DNA from: Candidatus Aenigmatarchaeota archaeon
Lineage (GTDB): Archaea > Aenigmatarchaeota > Aenigmatarchaeia > GW2011-AR5
Length of the DNA: 64,000 bases
NCBI GenBank assembly: GCA_016187335.1
Contig: JACPJW010000001.1
Coordinates: 320,001 to 384,000, forward strand
Direction: 5' to 3'
The stretch's first letter is position 1; every line of letters begins with the position of its first letter. Both the position numbers and the translations under genes were made by a program. Shown piece after piece: positions 1 through 9,885 of this stretch. The notes under the pieces were generated by a model. The model made no database searches. It saw nothing but the letters and a program-made list of their open reading frames with translations, and was not told where the DNA came from.

Positions 1-534
1 CGTTTCGGGCCTTATCTCTTGTTCCCGTTGTCTATGCTTGCTCTTTACGGGCTGCTGGAATTATCGAAGAACGTGAAAATAAACTTTTTCAGAAACCCTT
101 TGATTGTCCTGCTGCTCATAATTTTGCTGTCGCTGCCATCCATAGCGGGGTACAATTTATGGCTCCAGAAATCTGCCAGAACATCTGATGCGTTTTATTC
201 AATGGATGAGTATAATGCACTTCTTTTCCTCAAAAACCAGCCGGATGGCGTTGTGTTTAGCTCGACAAGATATGGGCCCTACATTCCTTACTACACCGGA
301 AAGTACGGGTTCATTTTCTCCGGTAGAAGGAAGCCTGAAGGCCTGTTGTCCAATGTGAACCGGGATTCAGATAATTTCTATAATGTATCTACTTCCGTTC
401 AGCAGCGTGAAGAAATTCTTGGTGCTTACAACATAACTTATGTCATTGTCGGTCCCAATGAAAAGGGCATTGAACTGCCATCAAGCTTGGTCAGAATCAG
501 AAGCGGAGGAGCGGAGGTTTATGCCAGATATTGA
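1..534 (+). CDS. 5'-truncated membrane protein, C-terminal soluble domain of a GT-C/AglB-like family; paralog of 3106..4857
   Basis: Frame is open to the window edge (RFGPYLLFPLSMLA). C-terminus DEYNALLFLKNQPDGVVFS...YNITYVIVG parallels DKDAMIFLEKQPKGIVMAS...NNVGFVFRR. Confidence 0.6.
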   Translation, partial: RFGPYLLFPLSMLALYGLLELSKNVKINFFRNPLIVLLLIILLSLPSIAGYNLWLQKSARTSDAFYSMDEYNALLFLKNQPDGVVFSSTRYGPYIPYYTGKYGFIFSGRRKPEGLLSNVNRDSDNFYNVSTSVQQREEILGAYNITYVIVGPNEKGIELPSSLVRIRSGGAEVYARY

Positions 535-536
535 TG

Positions 537-1421
537 TTATTTCAGTCGTATTTTTTTCATGATGAATTGCAAATCATGTATGTCCTTGTAAGATACGTAT
601 TTTGAAGGCTCTCTTGTTCTGATGCAGAAAGGAAGCCCCCTGATGGCATCAAAAAGCCCCTTAAAATAAGAAGGCAGTGTTCTGTTCCTTGACGCCTTGC
701 TGTAAAAAACCAGGGCCATGATAAAGGAGCCTAAAACAGCATCCAGCGGCTTGCCGTTCCTCCAGTAATGCCATATGGAGTTTCTTGTCATGTAGTAGGT
801 CGTGAAAGGCGTTACTCTTGTAGTGTTCTTTTTGTGAAAAACTTTCCATTCAGGATAAAATAAAATCCTGAACCCCCTGTTAAGCAGCCTCGAAGATAAA
901 TCTGCTTCGTTGTTGTAGCCGAAAAATTCTTCGCAGAATCTCATCTGCTCCCTGTGCTTATTCCTGTAAGCGAAGCATGAGCCGTGAAAATCCCTGGTGT
1001 AGCCTTCTTTCAGTGCCAAGGATTTTATCAAAGGCTCTTCTATGTCGCCGGCTATGATTATTGTTGAAGGCGGCTCTTTCTCGAATTTTTCAGCGACCCT
1101 TTTTATATGGTCCTTGCCGACCAGAACATCCTGATCCAGGGCGGCAACGTAATCTATGTTTTCTGACACAGACGAAAACGCTTTATTGTATCCGGCAGCA
1201 TATCCGTAGTTTTTATTCAGCTGGATGAAGCGCACAAACGGGAATTCCTTTTTTATCATTTCTTCGGTGCCGTCAGAGGAGGCATTGTCAACGACTATGA
1301 CTTCGTCCGGCTTCAGCGACTGTTTTTTAACGCAATTAAGCAGCTCTCTTAAGTCATTCTTCGCGTTCCAGCTCAGGGTTATTGAAGCTATTCTCGGCTT
1401 TCTTTTGGGTTTTGCATGCAT
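537..1421 (-). CDS. GT2 family glycosyltransferase
   Basis: ITLSWN, VVDNASSDGT, NYGYAAGYN and LDQD (DxD) motifs. Start moved to MHAKPK (1421). Confidence 0.9.
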   Translation of the reverse strand: MHAKPKRKPRIASITLSWNAKNDLRELLNCVKKQSLKPDEVIVVDNASSDGTEEMIKKEFPFVRFIQLNKNYGYAAGYNKAFSSVSENIDYVAALDQDVLVGKDHIKRVAEKFEKEPPSTIIIAGDIEEPLIKSLALKEGYTRDFHGSCFAYRNKHREQMRFCEEFFGYNNEADLSSRLLNRGFRILFYPEWKVFHKKNTTRVTPFTTYYMTRNSIWHYWRNGKPLDAVLGSFIMALVFYSKASRNRTLPSYFKGLFDAIRGLPFCIRTREPSKYVSYKDIHDLQFIMKKIRLK

Positions 1422-1462
1422 GCAATAAATAGGAAAAATAAGGTTTAAATGCTCTGAAAAAA

Positions 1463-2314
1463 TCACGGGTTTCGTGCCATATAAACGACTCCGCCAGGCG
1501 AAATCTCGAACGAATCATGGTCGTTAGGAACGTAAACATTTACGCCTCTTTCTCTCGCTCGTTGACTATGGTAGGCAATTTCCGAGGTCGTCTTCCGCGC
1601 AGGATTATCCATATGAACAAGGGCGACGTGGGGTATTCCGGCAGAAATGCAGAAATCAACAAGTTCTTCTATTCCCTGGTGGGTTCTTGTTGATTCCCCG
1701 AAGTGGAATGCCTCGTATGCAAGGAATTTTACTCTCCCGCCGTATAGTTTCTTTGTTCCGTCTCTCAGACGGCCGTCTCCACCGATGCCGAAGGAGTAGT
1801 TTCCACAGTCGAAGAAATATGCAAGATTCGGGGCGCTGTGGTCCGTTTCAGCAGCTTCAATGTTCTTGAATCCTAGTTTTAGTGCCAGACGCCTAAAGGC
1901 TTCTTCATCCGTCGGTTTCAGGGGGATTCTTTCAACGTCCAGATATCCTTCTCCGTATTGCGGGAGAAAGTCGTAATCAGCTTGAACCCTGCTGCCTAGA
2001 TTTTCTATTGCAGTTTGTTCCCCGGCTACAATTAATTTCCTTCTTTTTGCGGCGGGTCGCAATTCATTTATTATTGCAAGCTCTTCGCCGGAAACGCCTC
2101 CGGCATGGTCCCAGTGGGTATGCGTGAGAAGAATCGCATCAGGTCTTGTGAGGAATTTTTCACGGCCGTATAATTTGCAGAATGAATCCGGGACGTTCGC
2201 GCCGCAATCAACCTGTGCGGTAGTTTTTCCGTTGTCTATCATATACGAGGTGTTTCTCCTTCCCTCGTCATCGACAAACACGCCTGTGCCTAAAAGAGTC
2301 AGTCTGACTGTCAT
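1463..2314 (-). CDS. MBL-fold metallo-hydrolase (RNase Z-like)
   Basis: LLGTG N-terminus, VDCG, HxHxDH (THTHWDH), DHS, GDG, YEAF, VHM. Confidence 0.85.
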   Translation of the reverse strand: MTVRLTLLGTGVFVDDEGRRNTSYMIDNGKTTAQVDCGANVPDSFCKLYGREKFLTRPDAILLTHTHWDHAGGVSGEELAIINELRPAAKRRKLIVAGEQTAIENLGSRVQADYDFLPQYGEGYLDVERIPLKPTDEEAFRRLALKLGFKNIEAAETDHSAPNLAYFFDCGNYSFGIGGDGRLRDGTKKLYGGRVKFLAYEAFHFGESTRTHQGIEELVDFCISAGIPHVALVHMDNPARKTTSEIAYHSQRARERGVNVYVPNDHDSFEISPGGVVYMARNP

Positions 2315-2418
2315 TTTCGTTGACTATCCTGAAAGGGGATTTAAAGATAATTCCTGTTGTTTTATCGTGGTTATCATAAGGCACCGCGTGAACAACTTCA
2401 TCGTAACGTGATAAAGAA

Positions 2419-3111
2419 ATGGGAAAACTGATAGTGGCTTTTGATGTCGACGGCAACTTGGTAAGATCCGTTGATGCGTATCAGGAAGTATTTTCCGAGG
2501 TAGCTGGAAATTACGGTGTTCCAAAAGAAAGGCATTATGGTCATCTTATCAGAACAACCGGAGACCCTATAGAAAAACAGTTTGGCGCCGTCATGGATTT
2601 GCCTTGTGAACATCCTCAGGTCCTTGAAGCTGTGGCAGGATGGAGAAGAATGGCGTATTCTCCGGATAAGATAGCTCCTCTTTATGGGGACGTATTGCCT
2701 TGTTTTGAAGCTCTGAAAACCGCCGGGTATCGGCTTTGTGCGACAAGCAGCATGAAACAAGACCATTTAGAAAGGACTGCCCGTGCGCACGGATTTGGTC
2801 AGTGGCTTAGTTTTTGGCTGGGGACAGACGACCGTTTAATCGATAAATCACACCACAAGCCGATGATTATAGGGCGTTTCGGTATTACACCAGCTGAATT
2901 TGAAGGCTGCTCGTATTTATCAGGCGACGGCAAGGTTGATATGAGGATAGCAAAGAGATGGGGCTCCAGAGGTGTTTTCACGGTTCGCCGGGGCTATGAA
3001 GGCAAGTCTTCCGAAGAAGTTCTTGGTCTTCTGGGAGAAGAAGGATACGAAGCGTTTGCCGTTGTTAAATCGCTGACAGAACTGCCTGATGTGATTTTTA
3101 GCGATTCATAA
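2419..3111 (+). CDS. HAD-superfamily hydrolase
   Basis: Motif I FDVDGNL, motif II ATSS, motif IV GDGKVD. Confidence 0.85.
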   Translation: MGKLIVAFDVDGNLVRSVDAYQEVFSEVAGNYGVPKERHYGHLIRTTGDPIEKQFGAVMDLPCEHPQVLEAVAGWRRMAYSPDKIAPLYGDVLPCFEALKTAGYRLCATSSMKQDHLERTARAHGFGQWLSFWLGTDDRLIDKSHHKPMIIGRFGITPAEFEGCSYLSGDGKVDMRIAKRWGSRGVFTVRRGYEGKSSEEVLGLLGEEGYEAFAVVKSLTELPDVIFSDS

Positions 3112-4857
3112 CGATGAAGTCAGCATCGCCTTGTTTACCCTGTATATCCGGGCCCCGTTGTCGTAAATCTTTTCCAGGTACGGATAAGAATCGAAATTGA
3201 TGTTTTCTCCGCTCCTTCGAAAAACGAAACCGACGTTGTTTTTTGATATGAATTCAGCCGCCCCCTGTGAGGTAGCTTTCCCTGAATAAATCTCGGCTAT
3301 CACCTCCTTCTTCTCGGCCCTGCCAGGCCCGCCGCCCTGGTATTGGGATTCCGCGGGATGGTAAAGCGCGTAATGGCCTGACCACACTGGAAGGAAGTAA
3401 TTAGTATCGTCAGAAGCCATGACGATGCCTTTTGGCTGCTTTTCCAGGAATATCATTGCGTCCTTGTCTGCCTTGTCAAAATAAGTCTGGCCTATTATCC
3501 TGTCCGCCATCTGGAACCGGTAGTTGTATGCAAGGAAAGACGTAACAGCTAAAATTCCAAGAAAGATAAAAATCGCGTTTCTGCTTATATTGTAAGATTT
3601 CGCCTTCGCGGCGAATGAGTCAAAATACAGGGCGGCGAGCATCGCAAGCGGTATGTGCAATATGTACCCCATCCTGTACTGCTGCCAGAAAGCGTATTTC
3701 GGGTTGAAAATCGACAGAGGGAAAAATGCCAGCGCGAACAACAGGGTAAATTTATGCCTTCTGTCCATGTTCGATTCAAGGACAAACCACGCGACGGCAA
3801 AAAGAGACAGGAGCATGATTTCCGTTACGTCCACGGCAAGCGTGGGGAGGTTTATTGAATTGAAAGGCGGCACTGAAAGCGATTTTAGTTCGGAAACCAT
3901 CAGTATTGTTGAAAGGACGCCGGCAATTCCCGCTATCTTCCAGTGCTTTTTCAGCAGTTCAGTGTTCGCAAGGAAAATTATGAGCAGCAGGAAGAAATAG
4001 CTGCCTGCTATCCCTACCAGATGCGCCCTCCACCAGAGGCTGTTCTGGCTGTAAAGGGTGAAGTATTCCGGGTGGCTGAACCTTGCGTAGAGCCACGGTA
4101 CGAGAAATGCTGACGCTATCAGGCACGGCTTCCACGCCTCGTCAAAGGATTTTTTCGCCTTTTCGCTTATCGAACCGTTCTTTCCTGAAATGCTGTAGAG
4201 GAGTAGGAGTCCGGCAAAAGCAAATCCGAAGAACGGGTAGAAAAAGAAAGTCGCGCCTAAAGCCAGTGCCGCTTCCGTTTTCCTGCCCTTGCTGAAAAGT
4301 AAAAGCGAAACCAGGCCTGTTATAAGGGGCAGGTAATAGTAGACGCGGGAGATGTTGCTCAGTATGGAAAATTCAAAGCTGAATCCCTCCGCAAATCTTT
4401 CGATGCCTGTAAAAATATAAACAGCGTACCCGAAAGTCATAAGGCCAAGGGGCAGCAGGAAAAATACAAACGCAAGCTCATGATTCCTAGGCATAAGGGC
4501 TTCCATTGTTTTGAACAGGACAGCAAGGAATATGATAAAGAGGACGAATTTTGCAATTATGTTCATGAGAAGTGCGTCTATTCCAAGGAGCATGCGCAAA
4601 TAGCCTAAAGGTATGTAAGCGTAGGGCGATGCGAGTGCGCCATTGAAAAACACCTTCTCTCCCGGAGACCACGGGTTGTCAAAGCCGTATTCAGGCGAGC
4701 GCATAATGCCCATCACCAGTGCTTCATCACTGTCATAGGCCATGAACGTCTTGCCGGGCGGCGGGTAATTTATCAGAAGGAAGTAATGCAAAGGCTCTAT
4801 GAGCGCGGCAACCAGGATTACGACAAGCCATTTCTTGTCAATGAAGCGTGTTTTCAT
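3106..4857 (-). CDS. Polytopic membrane protein, putative GT-C fold glycosyltransferase
   Basis: About 12 hydrophobic segments, acidic DSDE after the first TM, AglB-like soluble C-terminal domain lacking WWD; lies in the glycan cluster. Confidence 0.6.
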   Translation of the reverse strand: MKTRFIDKKWLVVILVAALIEPLHYFLLINYPPPGKTFMAYDSDEALVMGIMRSPEYGFDNPWSPGEKVFFNGALASPYAYIPLGYLRMLLGIDALLMNIIAKFVLFIIFLAVLFKTMEALMPRNHELAFVFFLLPLGLMTFGYAVYIFTGIERFAEGFSFEFSILSNISRVYYYLPLITGLVSLLLFSKGRKTEAALALGATFFFYPFFGFAFAGLLLLYSISGKNGSISEKAKKSFDEAWKPCLIASAFLVPWLYARFSHPEYFTLYSQNSLWWRAHLVGIAGSYFFLLLIIFLANTELLKKHWKIAGIAGVLSTILMVSELKSLSVPPFNSINLPTLAVDVTEIMLLSLFAVAWFVLESNMDRRHKFTLLFALAFFPLSIFNPKYAFWQQYRMGYILHIPLAMLAALYFDSFAAKAKSYNISRNAIFIFLGILAVTSFLAYNYRFQMADRIIGQTYFDKADKDAMIFLEKQPKGIVMASDDTNYFLPVWSGHYALYHPAESQYQGGGPGRAEKKEVIAEIYSGKATSQGAAEFISKNNVGFVFRRSGENINFDSYPYLEKIYDNGARIYRVNKAMLTSSL

Positions 4858-4872
4858 CTGTATCCCCGCAAG

Positions 4873-5907
4873 CTAAAAGTAAAAGCTGACCTTGGAAAAT
4901 TCAAAGCGTTTGAAGTGCATGTCTTCTATTACCTGCTTCGCCTCGCTCAGGTGAAAGCCGTGTGTTATTACGGGCAGCGGGTTTATTTTCTTTTCTTTTA
5001 TGGCGTTGAGCGATTCGTCCCATTCGTTTGCAGACGTGAGCGAATTCCACGAACCTGTTATTGATATTTCCCTTCTCAGGATGCGGGAAAAGGCGCTCTG
5101 GTCGAGGATGAAATTTTTCATTGGGTTGCCTAAAAATACCACCTTGCCTCCTTTTGCCGCCGACAGGACGCTTTGCGTCTGCAGCTCGTCAGAGCCCGAG
5201 CACTCGAAAACCGTGTCCGCTCCCGAGCCGTCGGTGGCTTCGTTTATGGCCGTGGACGCCTCCGCATCTCTTGTATCGACCAGATGGTCCAGGCCTAATG
5301 TTTTTGCTATCTTGAATCTGTGGTCATTTCTGTCGACGCATATGATTTTTTTTGCGCCCAATGTCCTTGCCCATTGGGCAGTCATGATGCCTATCGGCCC
5401 GAGCCCCATTACGGCAACCGTCTCGCTGTTGCCCGTTATTCTGTGGGCATGCAGTGTTACTGCTGCAGGCTCCGTCATTACCGCTTCCTCAAAGGAGACT
5501 CCGCGCGGGATTTTCACGGCGTTTTCCGCGGGGCATTTTACAAACTCGGCGTATCCGCCGTCGCTTCTGGACCCTAAATAATCATACTTGTCGCACAGGT
5601 TATACTTGCCTTTAATGCATTGATGGCATTTCTTGCACGGTATTATGGGGTAAACCGCGACCCTGTCGTCTATTTCAACGTTTTGCACGTTCATGCCTTT
5701 TTCAGCCACGGCGCCGCAAAATTCGTGGCCGGGTATTACAGGATAGAAGTAGAAGCCCGTCCTCATCGACCTCACGACATCTGTGCTGCATATCCCTGAT
5801 CTTTTTGTCTGTACAATTATTTCGTTGTCCCCGCATTCCGGTATTGGCACTTTCTTGTAGTTCCAGTTCCCCAGTCCTTCCAGAACGGCGGCGTACATCG
5901 TTTCCAT
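4873..5907 (-). CDS. Zn-dependent polyol(-phosphate) dehydrogenase (galactitol-1-P/sorbitol dehydrogenase-like)
   Basis: GICSTD, GHE, CxxCxxCx7C structural Zn site, GLGPIG. Confidence 0.9.
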   Translation of the reverse strand: METMYAAVLEGLGNWNYKKVPIPECGDNEIIVQTKRSGICSTDVVRSMRTGFYFYPVIPGHEFCGAVAEKGMNVQNVEIDDRVAVYPIIPCKKCHQCIKGKYNLCDKYDYLGSRSDGGYAEFVKCPAENAVKIPRGVSFEEAVMTEPAAVTLHAHRITGNSETVAVMGLGPIGIMTAQWARTLGAKKIICVDRNDHRFKIAKTLGLDHLVDTRDAEASTAINEATDGSGADTVFECSGSDELQTQSVLSAAKGGKVVFLGNPMKNFILDQSAFSRILRREISITGSWNSLTSANEWDESLNAIKEKKINPLPVITHGFHLSEAKQVIEDMHFKRFEFSKVSFYF

Positions 5908-6001
5908 GAAGGATAGTAACTGCAGAAATGTTTTAAACGTTAAAAAGCTGTCACTGTTTTTAGATTTTAGTTATTTAAGTATTTCTTGTTTAGATGCTTT
6001 C

Positions 6002-7033
6002 ATGAAAGCTGCTCTCCTTGAAGGACCGAAAAATATACGCGTTGCCGACATTCCTAAGCCTGCTGCGGGGAAAGGAGTCCTCCTCCGCGTCCGTGCGTGC
6101 GGTATATGCGGCTCCGACATGAAGTTCTACAATTATGGCGACCGTGTCAAAAAATTCCCGCAGATACTCGGGCACGAGGTGGCTGGTGAGGTTGTTGAAG
6201 TAGGCAGCGGCGTTGATTCTCTTGCTGTCGGCGACAGAATTGCATTGAGAAACGAAGTGCAGTGCGGCCGCTGTCCTGCCTGCCTGAAGGGGCTTGAGAA
6301 CGTCTGCGAGAACATAGAAGATGTAATAGGCGTTACGATACCGGGCGGGCTGGCAGAATACATGCTGCTCACCGAAGAAATTATAGAAAAGGGTCTTGCA
6401 AACAAGATGCCTGAAAAAATGGCTTACGAGGAAGGCGCGCTTGCAGAGCCGCTTGGCTGCGTTGTCAACGGCCTGGAGTTCGCAAGGATGGAGGAAGGCA
6501 AAAGCGTTCTTGTCATTGGAGCCGGCCCTATAGGCTGCATGATAATAAATCTTGCAAGAATTATGGGGGCTTCAGAGATTGTTGTTGTTGACAAAAACCA
6601 GAAAAGGCTTGACATGGCACGCCCGTTCGGGGCGGACCATTATGTGTATGGCGAAAACTTTCTTGATGATGTTCTCGGCCTGAGTAAGGGTGGATACGAC
6701 GTCGTGATGTCTGCATGCAGCGACAGCAAGGCCCATGAAAAAGCGATACTTGCCGCTGGGCGGGGCGGCTTCGTGAATCTTTTCGGCGGCATCGCAAAAG
6801 GCCTGGACGACGCTGTCTCGTTCCCGAACAATTTTATCCATTACAGGCAGTGCTCTGTCGGCGGGACATTTTCCCAGACGCGCCATCATCATAAGAGGGC
6901 TCTGCAGTACCTTGCAGCAGGAAAAATAAAGGCCGGTGAAATAATTACCCATAAGTTCGGGCTTGATGAAGCTGAAAAGGCGATAAAAACCGTCCAGAAC
7001 CAGGAATGCCTCAAGGTAATGGTGTTGCCGTAA
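6002..7033 (+). CDS. Zn-dependent alcohol/polyol dehydrogenase
   Basis: Start MKAALLEG (6002); CGICGSD, GHE, CGRCPAC..C, GAGPIG. Confidence 0.9.
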   Translation: MKAALLEGPKNIRVADIPKPAAGKGVLLRVRACGICGSDMKFYNYGDRVKKFPQILGHEVAGEVVEVGSGVDSLAVGDRIALRNEVQCGRCPACLKGLENVCENIEDVIGVTIPGGLAEYMLLTEEIIEKGLANKMPEKMAYEEGALAEPLGCVVNGLEFARMEEGKSVLVIGAGPIGCMIINLARIMGASEIVVVDKNQKRLDMARPFGADHYVYGENFLDDVLGLSKGGYDVVMSACSDSKAHEKAILAAGRGGFVNLFGGIAKGLDDAVSFPNNFIHYRQCSVGGTFSQTRHHHKRALQYLAAGKIKAGEIITHKFGLDEAEKAIKTVQNQECLKVMVLP

Positions 7034-7605
7034 TGATAATTGCAATGCACCGTGTCAATACAATAGAAGACTTGAAAAAAACACCCGTAGGCTTGGGTGT
7101 TGAAACCGACCTGAGGTCGGACGGCAAGGACATAATACTTCATCACGAGCCTTTCTTTGGCAACGGCGAGAAACTTGAGGACTTCATTTCCCGTTACAGC
7201 CATGAATTCATAATCCTTGATATAAAATCCGAAGGAATTGAAAGGCGTGCCATAGATATAGTTGAAAACGCCGGCATAAAGGATTACTACCTGCTTAACG
7301 TTAACTTTCCGTTTATAATGAAGCTGGCCAAAACCGGGTTCAGGAAAATGTCCGTGCGTTTTTCTGATTTTGAATCCGCTGATGCGTGTCTGGCAATGAA
7401 AAACAAAGCAGATTTCGTCTGGGTCGAGTCCTTCAGCAAACTTGCGCTGACAAAGGAAGTGTGCAAAAAACTGTCCAGGCATTTCAGGCTGTCTCTGGTA
7501 TCCCCCGAGCTTTACGGAAGGAACGAAATAGAAATATACAAGAAAAAACTGAAAGGCATGGATATACACAGCGTCTGCACGGACTATCCGGACAAGTGGA
7601 GATAG
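7033..7605 (+). CDS. GDPD/PI-PLC-like phosphodiesterase
   Basis: TAATG overlap with the upstream stop; HRVNT, GVETDLR, HHEP, LDIK, C-terminal SVCTDYP. Confidence 0.75.
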   Translation: MIIAMHRVNTIEDLKKTPVGLGVETDLRSDGKDIILHHEPFFGNGEKLEDFISRYSHEFIILDIKSEGIERRAIDIVENAGIKDYYLLNVNFPFIMKLAKTGFRKMSVRFSDFESADACLAMKNKADFVWVESFSKLALTKEVCKKLSRHFRLSLVSPELYGRNEIEIYKKKLKGMDIHSVCTDYPDKWR

Positions 7606-7607
7606 CC

Positions 7608-9152
7608 ATGAAAATCGTAATCCCCATGGCGGGCTTCGGCGAAAGGTTCCATAAAGCTGGTTACAGGGAAATAAAGCCGCTGATAAAAATAGGCGGCAAG
7701 CCCATGATACAGCATGTCGTTGAAGCCTTTCCTGGCGAGGAAGAATTTATTTTCATCTGCAACAATGGGCATTTGAAGAGCACAAACCTTGAATCTGTCT
7801 TGAAAGGTCTTAAGCCGCGCTCTGTTATTGTCGGAATAGATCCGCACCGCGGCGGCGCCGTGGACACGTTTCTTGCTGCGCAGCAGTTCATCCCGGACGA
7901 CGAGGAAATAATCTTCAATTACTGCGATTTTACAATGGACTGGGACTACAACGGCTTTCTTAGTTCAGCAAGATCTGCGGATGCATCGCTGCCGTGCTTC
8001 ACAGGATTTCACCCGGCGTCCTTGGGCAATGTCTATTATTGCTATGTAAGAGTGGATGACAAAAAAAATGCCCTTGAGTTAAGGGAAAAAATGTCTTTTA
8101 CGGGGAGCAAGATGAAGGAATTTGCTTCCACCGGGACGTTCTATTTCAGGAAAGGCTCTTTGGCAAAGAAATATGCAAAAAGGCTTGTTGATTCCGGCAT
8201 AGTTGCGGAAAACGGGGAGCGCTATTTCTCGCTCATGTTCAATATAATGATTGGCGACGGCCTTGGTGTCAATGTATACGAGGTGAAGAAATTCGTATGC
8301 TTCGGCACGCCGCGCGATGTGCAGCAGTACGAATTCTGGCGCGGCGTCTTTAGGGACCATGGACAATTACACAAGAAAGTTCATGACTGGACTACCCTTA
8401 TACCCGCCGCAGGACGGGGAAAGAGGTTTTCCGACGCCGGTTACGAATTGCCGAAGCCCATAATTCCTGTTGACGGCCAGCCGATGATTGCCAAAGCCGT
8501 GAAAGACCTGCCTCAGAGCGAAAAAACAATTTTCGTGTGCCTTGAAGACCAGCTGAAAAACGGACTGGAATCTGTTTTGAAAAAAGAATTCCCGGGATGC
8601 GACATCGTTTCATTAAAGGAAACGACTCCCGGCATGGTGAACACGTGCCTGCTTGCGAAGGATTTATGGAATCCAGGAAAGCCGCTGCTTATATCCGCGT
8701 GCGACTACGGCCTTCATTATGACATAGACAAGTTCGAGTCTCTGGCGAACGACCCTTCCATAGACGCGATCATATGGACATTCAAAAATCATGAGTGCGT
8801 TCTCCGCAACCCGAAAGCATACGCATACGTTGCCGTTGACGGAAATGGCAACGCCGCAGGAATATCCGAGAAGGCAGCGATAAGCGATAATCCCGGCAGC
8901 GACCATGCTGTCGTGAGCGTTTTCTGGTACAGGACCGCCGGACTGTTTGAAAAGGGCGCAAGAAGTCTTTTGGAAAAGGGAAAGACGGTTGGCGGCGAGT
9001 ATTACGTTGCCACCAGCATCAATGGGCTGATAGAAGAAGGTCACAGGGTCGTGCCTTTTGAAGTGGAGAAATTTGTATGCTGGGGGACGCCTGACGACCT
9101 GAAAGAATACGAGTACTGGAAGGGATATTTCTCGAAGCTTAGTCCTGCCTGA
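7608..9152 (+). CDS. Tandem double-domain sugar/polyol-phosphate nucleotidyltransferase
   Basis: Two copies of the NTase signature (IPMAGFGERF..KPLI and IPAAGRGKRF..KPII), ending in FGTPRDV and WGTPDDL. Start at 7608. Confidence 0.85.
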   Translation: MKIVIPMAGFGERFHKAGYREIKPLIKIGGKPMIQHVVEAFPGEEEFIFICNNGHLKSTNLESVLKGLKPRSVIVGIDPHRGGAVDTFLAAQQFIPDDEEIIFNYCDFTMDWDYNGFLSSARSADASLPCFTGFHPASLGNVYYCYVRVDDKKNALELREKMSFTGSKMKEFASTGTFYFRKGSLAKKYAKRLVDSGIVAENGERYFSLMFNIMIGDGLGVNVYEVKKFVCFGTPRDVQQYEFWRGVFRDHGQLHKKVHDWTTLIPAAGRGKRFSDAGYELPKPIIPVDGQPMIAKAVKDLPQSEKTIFVCLEDQLKNGLESVLKKEFPGCDIVSLKETTPGMVNTCLLAKDLWNPGKPLLISACDYGLHYDIDKFESLANDPSIDAIIWTFKNHECVLRNPKAYAYVAVDGNGNAAGISEKAAISDNPGSDHAVVSVFWYRTAGLFEKGARSLLEKGKTVGGEYYVATSINGLIEEGHRVVPFEVEKFVCWGTPDDLKEYEYWKGYFSKLSPA

Positions 9153-9861
9153 TTCCGCTGAACGCGAGATCTTTCATCTGGCTTATGGATTTCTCAAAAG
9201 GTATGTCTTTCCTGAAAAGCCCGGTAGTTCCCAGGACAAAAACATCCGCTCCTGAACTGGAAATCTTCTCGATGTTGTGCCTGCCTATGTTTCCGTCTAC
9301 TCCTATTCTTATCGGCCTGCCGCCTGTCATGTCCCTGGCTTCTTTGATTTTAGGATAGACGTGCTCGACGAACTTGTTGCCAGCGAATCCAGGCTTAACG
9401 CACATTATTGTTATCATGTCAATATCGTCGAGGGAATTTTTAAGGGCAGCTACAGGCGTTTCCGGATTTATTGCAACCCCGGTGTGCCTGCCCAGGGATT
9501 TTATTTTTTTCAGGGCTGCCGCGAGGTCTTTGCACGCCTCGTAATGTATCGTGATTATGTCGGCGCCGCTTTCCGCAGCCTTTTCGATTATCCATTCCGG
9601 GTTTTCCACCATGAGGTGCGCTTCAAAGGGCTTTTCCGTAAGGTTCCTGAGGTCTTTAACGTGCTGGTGGCTCATGACAATGTTGGGGACGAAGCGGCCG
9701 TCCATTATGTCGAAATGAAACCAGTCTATGCCTGCCTGCTCGAGTTCTTTGACTGTTTCTGCGAGCTTTCCCGAGTCTGCGCACATCATGGATGCGGACA
9801 TTACGAGGAAATTTTCCCTTGTCCTGTGGATTTTGTTTGCATTTACGAATGTATATTCCAT
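9139..9861 (-). CDS. rpe: Ribulose-phosphate 3-epimerase
   Basis: HFDIMDGRFVPN, EAHLMV, TIHYE, MCVKPGFAG, VDGNI. Confidence 0.92.
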   Translation of the reverse strand: MEYTFVNANKIHRTRENFLVMSASMMCADSGKLAETVKELEQAGIDWFHFDIMDGRFVPNIVMSHQHVKDLRNLTEKPFEAHLMVENPEWIIEKAAESGADIITIHYEACKDLAAALKKIKSLGRHTGVAINPETPVAALKNSLDDIDMITIMCVKPGFAGNKFVEHVYPKIKEARDMTGGRPIRIGVDGNIGRHNIEKISSSGADVFVLGTTGLFRKDIPFEKSISQMKDLAFSGIRQD

Positions 9862-9885
9862 GAATGAACCTCTTTTCCCAGCTTT

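Noticed and set aside
7386-7607. N-terminal extension of the nucleotidyltransferase
   Set aside because: Overlaps the phosphodiesterase gene; the family-typical start MKIVIPMAG is at 7608.
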